Notes under the pieces: model-generated | What the model saw: only the letters and a program-made list of their open reading frames with translations | Told to the model about the DNA's origin: nothing | Databases searched by the model: none | NCBI GenBank assembly: GCA_964106915.2 | Contig: OZ066928.1 | Reading direction: 5' to 3' (one strand) | Source of the DNA: Podarcis gaigeae | Lineage: Eukaryota | DNA length: 64,000 bases | Position numbers and translations under genes: made by a program | Shown: piece after piece, positions 25,726 to 38,374 of the stretch | Position numbering within the stretch: position 1 is the stretch's first letter | Layout of the letters: each line of letters opens with the position of its first letter

Positions 25726-26795
25726 AATCCAGGCAACCAAGGTGCATTATCAAAGTCCGAGAACATACTGCAGCCAAGCAAAAGGAGTCAATGAGAGTAA
25801 GAGGCAGGGTCAGGAGCCAGGTGCTGCTCAGGTGAGTCCAAAGGGCTTGGCAGAGTGGCTCAAAGGGCTAGGGAACAAAGATCTGCTGGGTTGTGGTGGG
25901 GCTGGGTGAGATGAGAAGGTTATAGAATCTTTCAGCCAATATATATAAACAAAGTTGAGAAAATGCATAGAAGAAATGGTGAAAAATAAACACTAAGTTG
26001 CTGTGAATTGTGCTAGAGAATAGTCTCCCTTTCTTGCAGTTCTGACTGCTTTCCAGTAAGCTAATCAGGAATTCACACTTTCTAAGCAACCGTCCTACAA
26101 GGTCTGGCACTCGCCACACTCCTAGAACCCATGTATGTGGAACAGATGCTGGCAACAGTTCCTGGATCTCATGTTGTCGAGGTACTGCTCACTAGCCTAG
26201 AACCTCCAATGGGCTTTTGTAATGCAAAGTTGGCCCCCCTCTACAACTTTGTGTATATCTCCAAGGCAACCAGGATTTTAGAAGGCAAGCTGGTCAACCT
26301 CTCTCGAGCCAGCACTAGAGGGCAGCAAATAGCTGTAAACCAGCAAGAGGTACCTCTATCGTAATGCAAGGCAGCAGTCTTCAGATGGGAGTGTCACACA
26401 CTTTGATCGTTGTTCAAAAAATCAGAGTGACCATGAAGAAATGTGAGGCTTTATATGGTTTGTCCCCTTCCTACGAACTCCCTAGGCTCCCAAATTATTT
26501 TTTTTTTCTGTTCCAGCAGGCTTTTACCCTCACTGATTTCATGTTCTGCTTCCCAAGTATAACATGGAATAAATGTATCTAGGGATGGAGGTGGGGAAAG
26601 TCCTCATTTGGAAGCCTCAACTTCTATACAGATTGATAGATGTGCTCTAATTGGATTGTGCACCTCTCCAAACTTAGGGGACGAAGGCATATAAAATATG
26701 TATACAAAATGTGAACAATTTAAATGCAAAGTGGGGGGCCTTAAAAAATCTCCAAATAAGCCTTACACACTTACACACACACACACACTACATAC

Positions 26796-26874
26796 CTCTT
26801 TTATTCAGTAGATAGATGGGAACAATGTACAACATGACATGCTGAATGTAATAGACCTCCAATTCAAAAGGTAG
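26796..26874 (-). CDS. TMEM164: TMEM164 coding exon (79 nt), contains the catalytic His motif
   Basis: Acceptor ...ttctttccccag|, donor |gtatgt. Translates [26 protein letters not shown](G). Confidence 0.95.
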
Positions 26875-27002
26875 CTGGGGAAAGAAGGAAAAGAAAGCAG
26901 TAAGTACTATGCATAAATTAACATAACACTATAGATGGAGTCCTGCTGGATCAGGCAAAAGGCCCATCTAGTCAAGTACTCTAGTCTCACATGGGCCAAC
27001 CA

Positions 27003-28146
27003 AAACAAAAAAAATTCCTTCCAGTAGCACCTTAAAGACCAACTAAGTTAGTTCTTGGTATGAGCTTTCGTGTGCATGCACACTTCTTCAGATACACTGA
27101 AACAGAAGTTTCCAGACCCTTCTATATAGTGAGAAGGTGGGGAGGGGTATTACTCAGAAGGGTGGTGGGAATGGGTGATTGGCAGATAGCTGTGATGAGC
27201 CTGTTGACGACTCTTAACGACTGCAATAGGTCTTACAGGAAAAAGCAAGGGGTGAGAAGGTGAAAAATGGCTTTGTCATGTATAATGAGATAAGAATCCA
27301 ATGTCTTTGTCTCTCCATGGTTTTAAGTTTGGTGATAAATTGCAATTCAGCAGCTTCTCTTTCCAGTCTATTTCTGAAATTCCTTTGTAGTAAAACAGCT
27401 ACTTTGAGATCTTGTATAGAATGTCCTGGGAGATTGAAGTGTTCTCCTACTGGTTTCTCTGTCTTGTGATTCCTGATGTCAGATTTATGTCCGTTTATTC
27501 TTTGGCGTAAGGTCTGGCCTGTTTGTCCAATATAGAGAGCTGAAGGACACTGATGGCATTTGATGGCATACACAATGTTAGACGATGAGCAATTAAATAG
27601 TCCCAAGATGGTATGTGTGATGTTGTTGGGGCCAGTAATGGTGTTGTCCGGGTGTATGTGGCAGCAAAGTTGGCATCTGGGTTTATTGCAGGCTCTGGTG
27701 CCAGTGTCCGTGTTAGGTCTGGTTGTAGTATTATTGTGGGTTAGGAGTTGTTTAAGATTGGGTGGCTGTCTGTAGGCAATGAAAGGTCTTCCTCCCAGAG
27801 CTTGAGAAAGAGAACTGTCATTGTCCAGGAGAGGTTGTAGATCTCTGATGATGCGTTGTACTGTTTTAACTTGGGAGCTGTATGTGATGACTAGAGGTGT
27901 TCTGTTATTTTCTTTTTTGGGTCTGTCTTGCAGCATGTTTTCTCTGGGTATCAGTCTGGCTCTGTTGATCTGTTGTCTAACTTCATCTGCTGGGTATTTT
28001 AGTTCTAAAAGGGTTTGCTGTAGATCTCTTAGGTGAGAGTCTCTGTCTGTAGAATTGGAACAGATGCGGCTGTAACGTAGTGCCTGGCTATATACAATGG
28101 ACTGTTTGGTATGTTTGGGATGGTAGCTAGAGGCATGTAGATATGT
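27003..28146 (-). mobile_element. 5'-truncated Penelope-like retroelement (Neptune-type): RT C-terminus, Zn-finger linker, GIY-YIG endonuclease, 3' pseudo-LTR
   Basis: ORF 27214-28197 contains YLHASSYHPKHTKQSIVYSQALRYSRICS, CNKPRCQLC and NIVYAIKC...LYIGQTGQTLRQRINGHKSDI. 11-bp flanking duplication tgggccaacca (26992-27002 / 28147-28157). Inserted into a CR1 3' fragment. A frameshift near the C-terminus puts KDIGFLSHYT* in another frame. Confidence 0.93.
27058..27095 (-). ncRNA. minimal type-I hammerhead ribozyme motif in the Penelope 3' end
   Basis: Minus strand reads GUAU-CUGAAGA-A-GUGUG(CAUG)CACAC-GAAA-GCUC/AUAC. Conserved core, 5-bp stem II, 4-bp stem I, and palindromic AGCU in place of stem III. 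Confidence 0.8.
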
Positions 28147-29498
28147 TGGGCCAACCAGATGTCGTTGGGAAGCCCACAAGAAGGACCTGAGGGCCATAGT
28201 TCTCTTCCCACCAGTGACTCTCAGCAGCTAGTATTCAGAAGCATCCTGCCATCATTTATTTACAAAACTGCATCTGAGAATAGCCATTCAGGAGATATTT
28301 CAGCTCAACTTTCTATGCATTCATAGAGCGTGTAAAAATTAACATGGCAGCCTCCTTCAGTATTAAGAAATCACACAACAGGAAAACAGATCTGAAATGC
28401 TTTCCAGTTCAAAGCTTCACCAGTGCTCTTGGGTGACTAGTTCAAGGGTCACTGTGGACTCAAATCCTGGCACAAGAGAAGCAAAAGCTTTTGAGTCTTC
28501 AATCCCCAGCTGAGGATATAGATACTAATAGGTACTGATTGTCAAGCCTTAGGGCAAAAACACACAATTATGGTCATGGGCTTATTCACTCACTTAACAG
28601 GTTGTGTGAGCCATGTAATATGTGAGATAATAACCCATATAATTACTGTGGTGTAAAGTACTGCTATTCCTAGTGCATTTCAGGTTCATCATTAATGTTT
28701 CCTGGTTGTCACTGGTACTAGAAAATGTTCGGAAGTGAGCAATTGCGACTCACAGCCTCTGATTTGCAGCACATAGCCCATAATGCATTTGGTCTTTTCT
28801 TCTTCTTCTGAAAGTGCACTGAACAACAATCACAGCCTCCCACTAATTATGGAGCCAATTTTTCAAGCTTTGTTACCCTTAACTTTGGTTTGCAAGGAGT
28901 TCAGCTGTTTAGATTTCATGCTGAATTGACTGGTTAAATTGACATTTGCAAGAGCATCAGATGTTTACTTGCAAAGCTTTGCTTGTTTTTTTCTTGGATC
29001 TTCAAGCTTTGTTCTTGACTTACCATTCCTGGTTTGTTTGAAGCAAAAGAAATCATGGGCCCAGGTTCAGATGTAATGCTTGAGCCAAACTATGGCTTAG
29101 CTCCTGGTACGGCTGAGTGATAGATCAATATATCGGCAAAAACTGGTTTGAAGCCCATATCATTATATCAGTTTCATAATTTTTGATCTGGCAATGTATC
29201 ACAAATCATGATGTATGTGCGCGTATGTGCACGCTATGCAAAAATCACAACACAGGAAAAACCGTGAAGCCAACCGTCCTTATTTCAGACATTGTGATAT
29301 ATCGGTATACTGTAATGTTTAGCTGGTGCAGGAGCAGGTTTAGGTGAAAGGACTGTGTGATCATTTCTAGTCCTAAAAATAAATGCCTTCTTTCTAAATA
29401 TACCGAGGCTCCCTATGCAAACATTTGCATCTGGCTCTGGTTGGTAACTCTCAAAGCTACAGGAAAAATCAAAGTAGGTCCATACAGCCTGAAGTCTA

Positions 29499-29872
29499 AA
29501 AGGTAAAGGTAAAAGGTACCCCTGCCCGTACGGGCCAGTCTTGCCAGACTCTGGGGTTGGTGCGCCCATCTCATTCAAGAGGCCGGGGGCCAGCGCTGTC
29601 CGGAGACACTTCCGGGTCACGTGGCCAGCGTGACGAAGCTGCTCTGGCCAGAGCCAGAGCCAGAGCCGCACACGGAAACGCCGTTTACCTTCCCGCTAGT
29701 AAGCGGTCCCTATTTATCTACTTGCACCCAGGGGTGCTTTCGAACTGCTAGGTTGGCAGGCGCTGGGACCGAGCAACGGGAGCGCACCCCGCCGCGGGGA
29801 TTCGAACCGCCGACCTTTCGATTGGCAAGCCCTAGGCGCTGAGGCTTTTACCCACAGCGCCACCTGTGTCCC
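29499..29872 (-). mobile_element. Sauria SINE, subfamily B
   Basis: Diagnostic ggtacccctgcccgtacgggccagtc and agcgctgtccggagacacttcc; TSD gcctgaagtcta. Confidence 0.9.
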
Positions 29873-32007
29873 CACAGTGCCTGAAGTCTACCCACCCCTA
29901 AATTACACTACTTAGAAAGGGTCTTAAATAAACAGCAAATCCTCTCAAAAACATAAAGAAATCTTCACAAACTGCTAAATATACACTTTGGCCATCTGTT
30001 TTAAAAAGTTTTATAAAAGGCCCCCATGGCGACATGGGGGCCTTTTATGACACATGTTGTTAAGCAAGGTGACAATTTAATGCCACCAGAATCCCAGATT
30101 TGTCTTTCTGGAAAGATTTAATACCACAACATTTGCTAGTTTAATCCTCATTGCTATCTTAGTCACATGTCTGTATTTAGATATATCGTAAGTATATCTC
30201 CCAGGGATATTCTTAATATGCAGCTGACAGGTATTATGCTCTGTTTGGATGTATTTTGTTACCTATTATTATTTATTAAAGATAATGATGAAAAAACCTT
30301 GCACAGAAAACATTTTTAAACTGTGATTTTTTTGAACAGTTTTAGGTAAAAAGCAAACACACAAAGTATTCATTTCTGACAGGGTTCCTCTACTGTTTTA
30401 CATAACCACCACAAAGGGAACACTTCTGAAAAATGATTCTGCTGCAACAACATGTAGAACAAAAACAATCTTTCATAGAATGAGAATGGTTTGTTCTCCA
30501 GTTCGGCTAACAAAACAAGTATGTTTCCTGGTACACCGCCGGCATCTGTCTAAACAACATAATTAAAACAAGGAATAGCCAACACCCACTATAATCTAAG
30601 ATGAAAAAGGAAGAACATCACGTCTATCAAATTAAACACAGCCATACAGAGTAAACAGTAGCACATTTATTTCATGTATTCATGACACCATGTGTGACAG
30701 GAAACAAGGGCACAAGGGCCTGAGTAGGCCCCTGATGAAGGAAGCCAAAGGCTCATCTACTCCAGAACTCTGTTCTGACAGTAGCCAATCACTAAGATTA
30801 GTGCAACATCACTCTCCCCACTTGTGAATCCCAGGAAACTGTATTCGGCAGCAGTATCCTAGTTTAAGAACAAGTACCTGGGTTCACAAGAGCAAAAATT
30901 AATACGCTCAGTTCCTTCTCTTACAGCCAGGGCTGGTGGACCCATGAGGTAAAGTGAGATGCAGTGACAGATGGGGGTTAGTTGAAACCCAGACTTGGAT
31001 GCTCTCAATCAGCACCTCAGGGCCACAGGAGTTTACATGCCAACCTAGCCATTACAGAGCCATACTATCATTAATGCTACTAATGGTTTTGAGAGCACAA
31101 AGCACTTTGCCTACATTATCATAGTACTCCTTGCAACCTATTATGCTAAGCATTTCTGCCCCATATAATGCAGCTGGGGAGATACTTGGGCTGAGAGAGA
31201 GAATTAGGCTGCCTAATAAGTTTATTACAAGATTAAAGCAAGATTTCAACTGGGGCTATTCCCATTCTTCACTCTTAGCCATATTTGACAATATTGTAAG
31301 CAGCCTGTCAACCCTGAGGAAGGCCAAGAGAGGCAAACAAGGTAAGACAGGAGCAATCCCTGAGAATCTCTTAACTATATGCATTATGTATCAAGGACTG
31401 AAGGAAATGGTGAGTGCGGGGGGGGGGGGGGGAAACCTGGGTGTTCTGGATTTTCCAGTGTTGATATTGCATCATCCTAAGAAGCACAGCCAGCCATCTA
31501 AGAGGAAGCCATGAATGTGCAGATTAGGAGCAGCTTAGTCAAAACCACAGTTGCTGTTTATTAGTCCAGGCACATTATTGCACAAGTATGACTATTCTTA
31601 CCAGTAAATTGTTACAAAACATTTTCCTCCACATAGTGAAGTTTGAACGCCATAGAAATCCTGGACACAAGGGTCGCATTGACTGATGACCAAAAAATAA
31701 ACAAAATATGCCAAATCTGATCCCGTGGCCAGCAACTTCGTCAGACAATTACATACATGGCATTTGCCATACAAGGATACATGTAGAGATAAAGGGTGAT
31801 AATTCAACTGTCATACCCGGAGTAAATCCACTTAATTCAATGGACTTACCCCTAAAGGCTGTTAACCTCACTTACCTGTGAATAAACCCCACTGAATTCA
31901 ACAGGACATACTTCTGTGTAAATGTGGTTAGGGTTGTGCTGTAAGAGCCAAGCACTGAATGCACACATGCTAACATGTGAGAGAGTGAGGCTCCCACACT
32001 GTGCATC

Positions 32008-32096
32008 TTATCTATCATCTATCTATATCTATCTATCATCTATCTATCTATCTATCTATCTATCATCTATCTATCTATCTATCTATCATCTATCTA
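32008..32096. repeat. (TATC)n compound microsatellite
   Basis: Read directly; abuts an L2-like 3' tail. Confidence 0.9.
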
Positions 32097-32450
32097 TTAT
32101 TTATTTAGAGTATTTGTAATATGCTCTTCAGCCAAAAAGGCTCCCAAGAGTGGCTTACATACAGTCAAAGCAAGGCAGCCCCTACCTGAAGGCTTGCAAT
32201 CTAAATACAATTTTGTATGTGTGTTGAAATCCCAACACACATACGAAAAGGGACAGGGAAGAAAGAAAATCGAAACCAAAACTCAGAGCCCAATTCCTAA
32301 ACAGGTCTTCCCAGCTAGAACAGGTCAGGGGCAGGAGGTGCCTGGAGGAGCTGGGCTACCAGCATCTTGTGATGCTTAAAAGTTAAACATGCTTTGATAG
32401 AGGAAGCACCCACAGTTTAACTACCATTTAAGTTTTACTACAGGCTCTAA

Positions 32451-32814
32451 GGGACACAGGTGGCGCTGTGGGTTAAAGCCTCAGCGCCTAGGATTTGCCG
32501 ATCGAAAGGTCGGCGGTTCGAATCCCTGCGGCGGGGTGCGCTCCCGCTGCTCGGTCCCAGCGCCTGCCAACCTAGCAGTTCGAAAGCACCTCCGGGTGCA
32601 AGTAGATAAATAGGGACCGCTTACCAGCGGGAAGTTAAACAGCGTTTCCGTGTGCGGCTCTGGCTCGCCAGATGCAGCTTTGTCACGCTGGCCACGTGAC
32701 CCGGAAGTGTCTCCGGACAGCGCTGGCCCCTGGCCTCTTGAGTGAGATGGGCGCACAACCCCAGAGTCTGTCAAGACTGGCCCGCACGGGCAGGGGTACC
32801 TTTACCTTTACCTT
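32451..32814 (+). mobile_element. Sauria SINE, subfamily B
   Basis: Full head-to-tail copy; perfect TSD tacaggctctaa. Confidence 0.92.
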
Positions 32815-34341
32815 TACAGGCTCTAAAATGTGTTTCTTGGTTGAGACACAAAATTGGCATGCTGGCAACTCATCTACAACTAAAGACACTGAAAATTAAT
32901 GACAAGAGGAGCTTTTATTAGTCATCAACAGCTATTATACTCTACTCATATTTCCAAATATGAGTTTGGCACAGAACAGCACGTTACTGTTGCACTATTG
33001 GTGGCATGCATCTGCCTCGAGAGACAATGGAGTGTGTGTGACTCCAGAGATGAAGCCAAACTGCTGTATTAGCAGCACAAAAGTCACACACACACACACA
33101 CACACCCTGACGCAAGCCTGGGCAGTGTATATGGAAGTCCTGGGCTGCCTAGCCAACAAGACTCCCCTCTTGGACTGCACTGTAACACCTCCCTCTATTT
33201 CCTGAATCCCTGTACACCATATCATTATCATCATCACTCTTAGCCTGATTTTCTGGGAATGATCCATTCAGTTGATGGATGGGGAGCCTGATGCTCTCCA
33301 GATGTTGCAGGACTACTATCCCCAACAACACCCAGAGGTCACTATGTTAGCTACTCCTGCAACTGTACCTGGAGGGACGCAGGTTCTTCTTCATTGACCT
33401 AGTTTGTTCCAACACAGTGCTTTTGCCATTCAGCCAGCAAATGTACTTGCAGATACAATGGCAGGTGGAGGTTGGGGGTGGAGCCAGAGTTATGATCGGC
33501 CCTACTGTTTGGGAGGAAGCATTAGCTGCCACTGCTAGGCTGCTAGGCTACCTCCCTTACATAAGAATCAAGCATTGTACAATGGAAGAGGCAGCACACA
33601 AACTCACACACTCCTCTCTATTCTCCACCTAGGTGAGAAACAGAGTTGAATTAACATATTCCGGCAAAGAGGGTGCACACAGCTGGCCTAGTGAGAGAGA
33701 ATTCGCTGAGGAGGTGTGACCTGGGAAGAGGGATTCTGGCTAAGTAGGAAGCCTAGAAGGAGGAGAGTCCTGAGGCTCAAAGAGAGAGGACTATGGAGGG
33801 TGCATTTGGCCCCTGGCAGGAGGTTCCCCACCTCTGCTCTATGCCAGTTTCACCATCGTTCTCTACACCCAAAGCCCTTTCAAAGTAAATTAGAAATCAA
33901 TGCTTAGGTTCTACTTTATCTTTTGATTTCTAAAGTAAATGCCTCTTAAAATCACATGTGACACACAAATTAATGTGGCAATTAACTGAGATCTACAGGA
34001 CTAACTAACTAACTAACTAAATACTAAAAGACCACGTGCAAAGCTCTTCAGAGTTACCAAGTTTTCTTCCTAGACTTCAACTTGAGTTACTTACTTCCAC
34101 AGCAAGCCCCTAAATCTAAATTACTTCTTAGAATAACCCTAGTCTAGGAGATGTTTTTTGTGAGCTCCCCAGGGAACAGCTACAGGGTGGTCTATAAACT
34201 CTATGAATATACAGATAAATTTTCCCCAGGTTACAAATGGAAAACCGATGCTGATGAATTCGAGTGCTTTGCCTGAAGCCATATAAAGAAGTCAGAGCCA
34301 AGGTGGAACCCAATCCAATCCCTACAGGCTTTGGGACACTA

Positions 34342-34563
34342 CAGTAGTACCTTGGTTTACGAACGCAATCCGTTCCAGAAGTCCGTTCTTAAACAAAAGC
34401 GTTCTTAAACCGAGACACACTTTCCCTAGTGAGGCCTCCCACTGCTGGTGCCCTTCCGCCGTTCTGCTTCCATTCGGCTTCTGGAACACCTACTTCCGGT
34501 TTTGTAGAGTTCGTATCCCGAATAGTTCGTTAACAGGGCTGTTCATAGACTGAGGTACCACTG
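34342..34563. mobile_element. Tc1/mariner MITE, family 1
   Basis: Homologous to 9356-9596; TA TSD. Confidence 0.85.
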
Positions 34564-34644
34564 TACTTTTATCTGACAAACTGAATTAATGATGCAGAGC
34601 TTGTTTTTGATTTTTAAAAAAGTACATTGCCCCTTCTACCTATA

Positions 34645-37230
34645 ATAAGAATGATAATGATAATGATGATAATGATAATGATAATAATATTAATAATTTA
34701 TTATTTATACCTAGCCCATCTGGCTGGGCTTCCCCAGCCACTCTTGGCGGCTTCCAAAAGAATATTAAAACACATCAAACATTAAAAGCTTCCCTAAACA
34801 GGGCTGTCTTCAGATGTCTTCTAAAAGCCTGGTAGTTGTTGTTCTCTTTGACATCTGGTGGGAGGGTGTTCCACAGGGAAGGCGCCACTACCGAGAAGGC
34901 CCTCTGCCTGGTTCCCTGTAACTTGGCTTCTCGCAGTGGGAGAACCGCTAGAAGGCCCTCGGTGCTGGACCTCAGTGTCCAGGTAGAACGATGGGGGTGG
35001 AGACGCTCCTTCAGATATACTGGACCAAGGCTGTTTAGGGCTTTGAAGGACAGCACCAACACTTTGAATTGTGCTCGGAAACGTACTGGGAGCCAATGTA
35101 GGTCTTTCAAGACTGGTGTTATGGGGTCTCTGCGGCTGCTCCCAGTCACCAGTCTAGCTGCCACGTTCTGGATTAGTTGTAGTTTCCGGGTCACCTTCAA
35201 AGGTAGCCCCACGTAGAGCGCATTGCAGTAATCCAAGTGGGAGATAACCAGAGAACGCACCACTCTGGCGAGGCAGTCCGCAGGCAGATAGGGTCTCAGC
35301 CTACGTACCAGATGGAGCTGGTAAACAGCTGCCCTGGACACAGATTTGACCTGTGCCTCCATGGCCAGCTGTGAGTCCAAAATGACTCCTAGGCTGCGCA
35401 CCTGGTCCTTCAGGGGCACAGTTATCCTATTCAGGACCAGGGAATCCTCCACACCTGCCCGCGTCCTGTCCCCCAAAAACAGTACTTCTGTCTTGTGAGG
35501 ATTCAACCTCAATCTGTTAGCCGCCATCCAACCTCCAACCGCCTCCAGGCACTCACACAGGACCTTCACTGCCTTCACTGGTTCTGATTTGAAAGAGAGG
35601 TAGAGCTGAGTATCATCCGCATACTGATGAACACCCAGCCCAAATCCCCTGATGATCTCTCCCAGAGGCTTCATGTAGATGTTGAAAAGCATGGGGGAGA
35701 GGACAGAACCCTGAGGCACCCCACAAGTGAGAGCCCAGGGGTGTGAACACTCATCCCCCACCACCACTTTCTGAACACGGCCCAGGAGGAAGGAGCGGAA
35801 CCACTGTATAACAGTGCTCCCAGCTCCCACCCCCTCAAGACGGTCCAGAAAGATGTTATGGTCGATGGTATCAAACGCCGTTGAGAGATCCAGCAGAAGT
35901 AGGAAACAGCTCTCACCTTTGTCCCTAGCCCGCCGGAGATCATCAACCAGTGCGACCAAGGCAGTTTCAGTCCCATGATGAGGCCTGAATCCCGAGTGGA
36001 AGGGATCCAAATGGTCTGCTTCTTCCAGGCGTGCCTGGCGTTGTTCAGCAACCACTCGCTCAATCACCTTGCCCAAGAATGGAAGATTTGAGACTGGGCA
36101 ATAGTTGGCCATCGTGGCCGCATCTAAAGATGGTTTTTTAAGAAGCGGTTTAATAACCGCCTCTTTCAGCGGGTCTGGGAAGGCTCCCTCACAGAGGGAA
36201 GCATTCACCACCCCACGAAGCCCATCGCCCAGTCCTTCCCGGCTAGCTTTTATAAGTCAGGATGGACAAGGATCTAGGAGACAAGTGGTTGGTTTCACTC
36301 GTCCAAGCAGCCTGTCCACATCCTCGGAGGTAACAGTTTGGAACTGATCCCACACAACTAGACTAGACAGGACTCTAGCACTCTCCCGCCCCGGCCCTGC
36401 CCTGCCCCACGGTGGAATCTGCCTCTTCTCGAATCTGAGCGACTTTATCTGCAAAAAACTTTGCAAAGTCATTACAAGAGATCATGTGGCCCGTACTGGA
36501 CCCTGATGGAGCAGGTGGTTCCGCTAAATTGCAAACCACCTGAAAGAGTCTCCTGCTGCTGTTTTCCGCAGATGCAATAGAGGCGGTGAAGAATGTCTTC
36601 TTCGCCGTCACTGTCGCCACTTGCTTTCCACGAAGTCCCGAGCTGCCCCTTGTAAGGTCGTGTCGGCATGGATGTTAAAATCCCCTAGGACAACCAAACT
36701 AGGTGTCTCCAGGAGGACATCCGACACGACCTGAAGCACCTCGGGCAGGGAATCCTTGGTGCAGCGGGGAGGTTGGTACACCAATAGAAATCCTGTACTG
36801 CCCCTGGATGCCTGGTGCAAACTAATGACTTCCTAAAAATCACTGCAACCCCCCCTCCCCGCCCACAAGGCCTGGGTTGCTATGCGTAAGAGAAACCTGG
36901 TGGACAAGCAGCAGCAAGGATAGGCCCATCTGCTTCATCCAACCAAGTTTCTGTTACACATGCCAGGTCAAATCCTCCATCCACGATCAAATCATGGATC
37001 ACAATGGTTTTATGGATCATTGACCTGGCGTTGCACAGCAGCACCTTCAGGTCGTGTGGGTATCCCTTGCTGATTCCAGTATCCGTCCGGTCAGGACCAG
37101 ACCTGGAGGCAGGGATAGTCCTCAGACAACGACTAAGCCTGCTTCCTTGGTAATGACATGGTCTGGTCTTAGCGTAACTCTTCCTCCTACCCATAATCAC
37201 CGAGATCGGTTGTCCCAGTCCAACTTCCAC
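34645..37230 (-). mobile_element. L2-clade LINE: ORF2 with disrupted APE endonuclease and an uninterrupted RT C-terminal half
   Basis: APE motifs LLCNARS, CVTETWL, RGGGVA, VYQPP, LGDFNIH (with a stop and deletions). 478-aa open frame 34775-36211 with LLDLSTAFDTIDH, GVPQGSVLSP, YADD, LHWLPV. (ATT/ATC)n tail at ~34645-34700. Confidence 0.93.
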
Positions 37231-37865
37231 TCTGCCTCTTCTTGCTTCCAGAATTCATAGGTCTATGTTTCCAGTTTCAAAGAGGCCTTATGAGGTAGCA
37301 GAACACCATTTGGAGGTTTGCCTTGGAAAAGGCAGCTGAGCAAAGCAACGTCGAAGCTTGATGTTGCCATAATCCCAGTCCCAAGAGGAGCTAGTTCTTC
37401 AGTGGTCTAAGTTTAGCATTCGTCATCCAGTTACACAGGCAGGGTGCAAATGCAGTTAAGAATTTTACGAAAGCTGCAAATGTTTCCAGATTACAGAGTT
37501 TATTTTACTAGGTTTGTTGTCTGGAACCCAAACAACTTAATGCTTTTCTCATGTGGTCTTTTATGAAGTTTAGATTTGATTCAATGCTAGTCTAATCCTT
37601 ACTCGGCCATGGAGCTCAAAGGGCAAGCTTGGGCTAGTCACTGCCTCTCAGCCTAGCTTACCTCACAGAGTTATTGCAAGCGGAAAACGAAGTATACTCC
37701 AAGCATATACCTGGAGGGCACTGACCACATTAAAGACATTAGGCAAAATGTATTGCAGGGCCTACTATATGATAGACCTAGCAGGAAATTTTTGCATCAG
37801 CTTTTGTCCTTACGTAGTCTGGTTTTAAAAGATATATTATTTGCACCTTCCTACCAGGCAGACAG

Positions 37866-38177
37866 GGACTTGCCAATCAGAAGGTCAGTGGTTCAAATCC
37901 CCACGACAGGGTGAGCTCCCGTTGCTTGGCCCCCGTTCCTGCCAACCTAGCAGTTCGAAAGCATGTCAGGTGCAAGTAGATAAATAGGTACCGCTCTGGC
38001 GGGAAGGTAAAGGGCGTTTCCGTGCGCTGCTCTGGTTCGCCAGAAGCGGCTTAGGCCACATAACCCGGAAGCTGTCTATGGACAAACACCAGTTCCCTCG
38101 GCCTATAGAGCAAGATGAGCACGCAACTCCAGATTTGACTTCGGCTGGACCTAATGGTCAGGGATCCCTTTACCTTT
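37866..38177 (+). mobile_element. Sauria SINE, 5'-truncated
   Basis: Body and accttt tail; imperfect TSD accaggcagacaggga / accagacagataggga. Confidence 0.85.
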
Positions 38178-38374
38178 ACCAGACAGATAGGGATTTCCAG
38201 ACTGTGGCCCACAGATTATAGGCGGCTTCTGAGCTTCATTCAGGTGGGCTGTGACATGTCTGTGGATTTGTGGTTAAAGATGGGAAGCACCATATGCATT
38301 GCATTATATTATATCTACTGTTTTTTAATGACATGTTGCTGTTTATTTTAGTTCTTATATTGTATTGCAATATC

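Noticed and set aside
29621-29842. Recurring peptide CFRTARLAGAGTEQRE in several ORFs, resembling a small gene family
   Set aside because: All are translations of Sauria SINE copies.
36808-36880. Apparent foreign insert inside the L2
   Set aside because: It encodes QPRPCGRGGGVAVIF, the normal APE motif, after a nonsense mutation.
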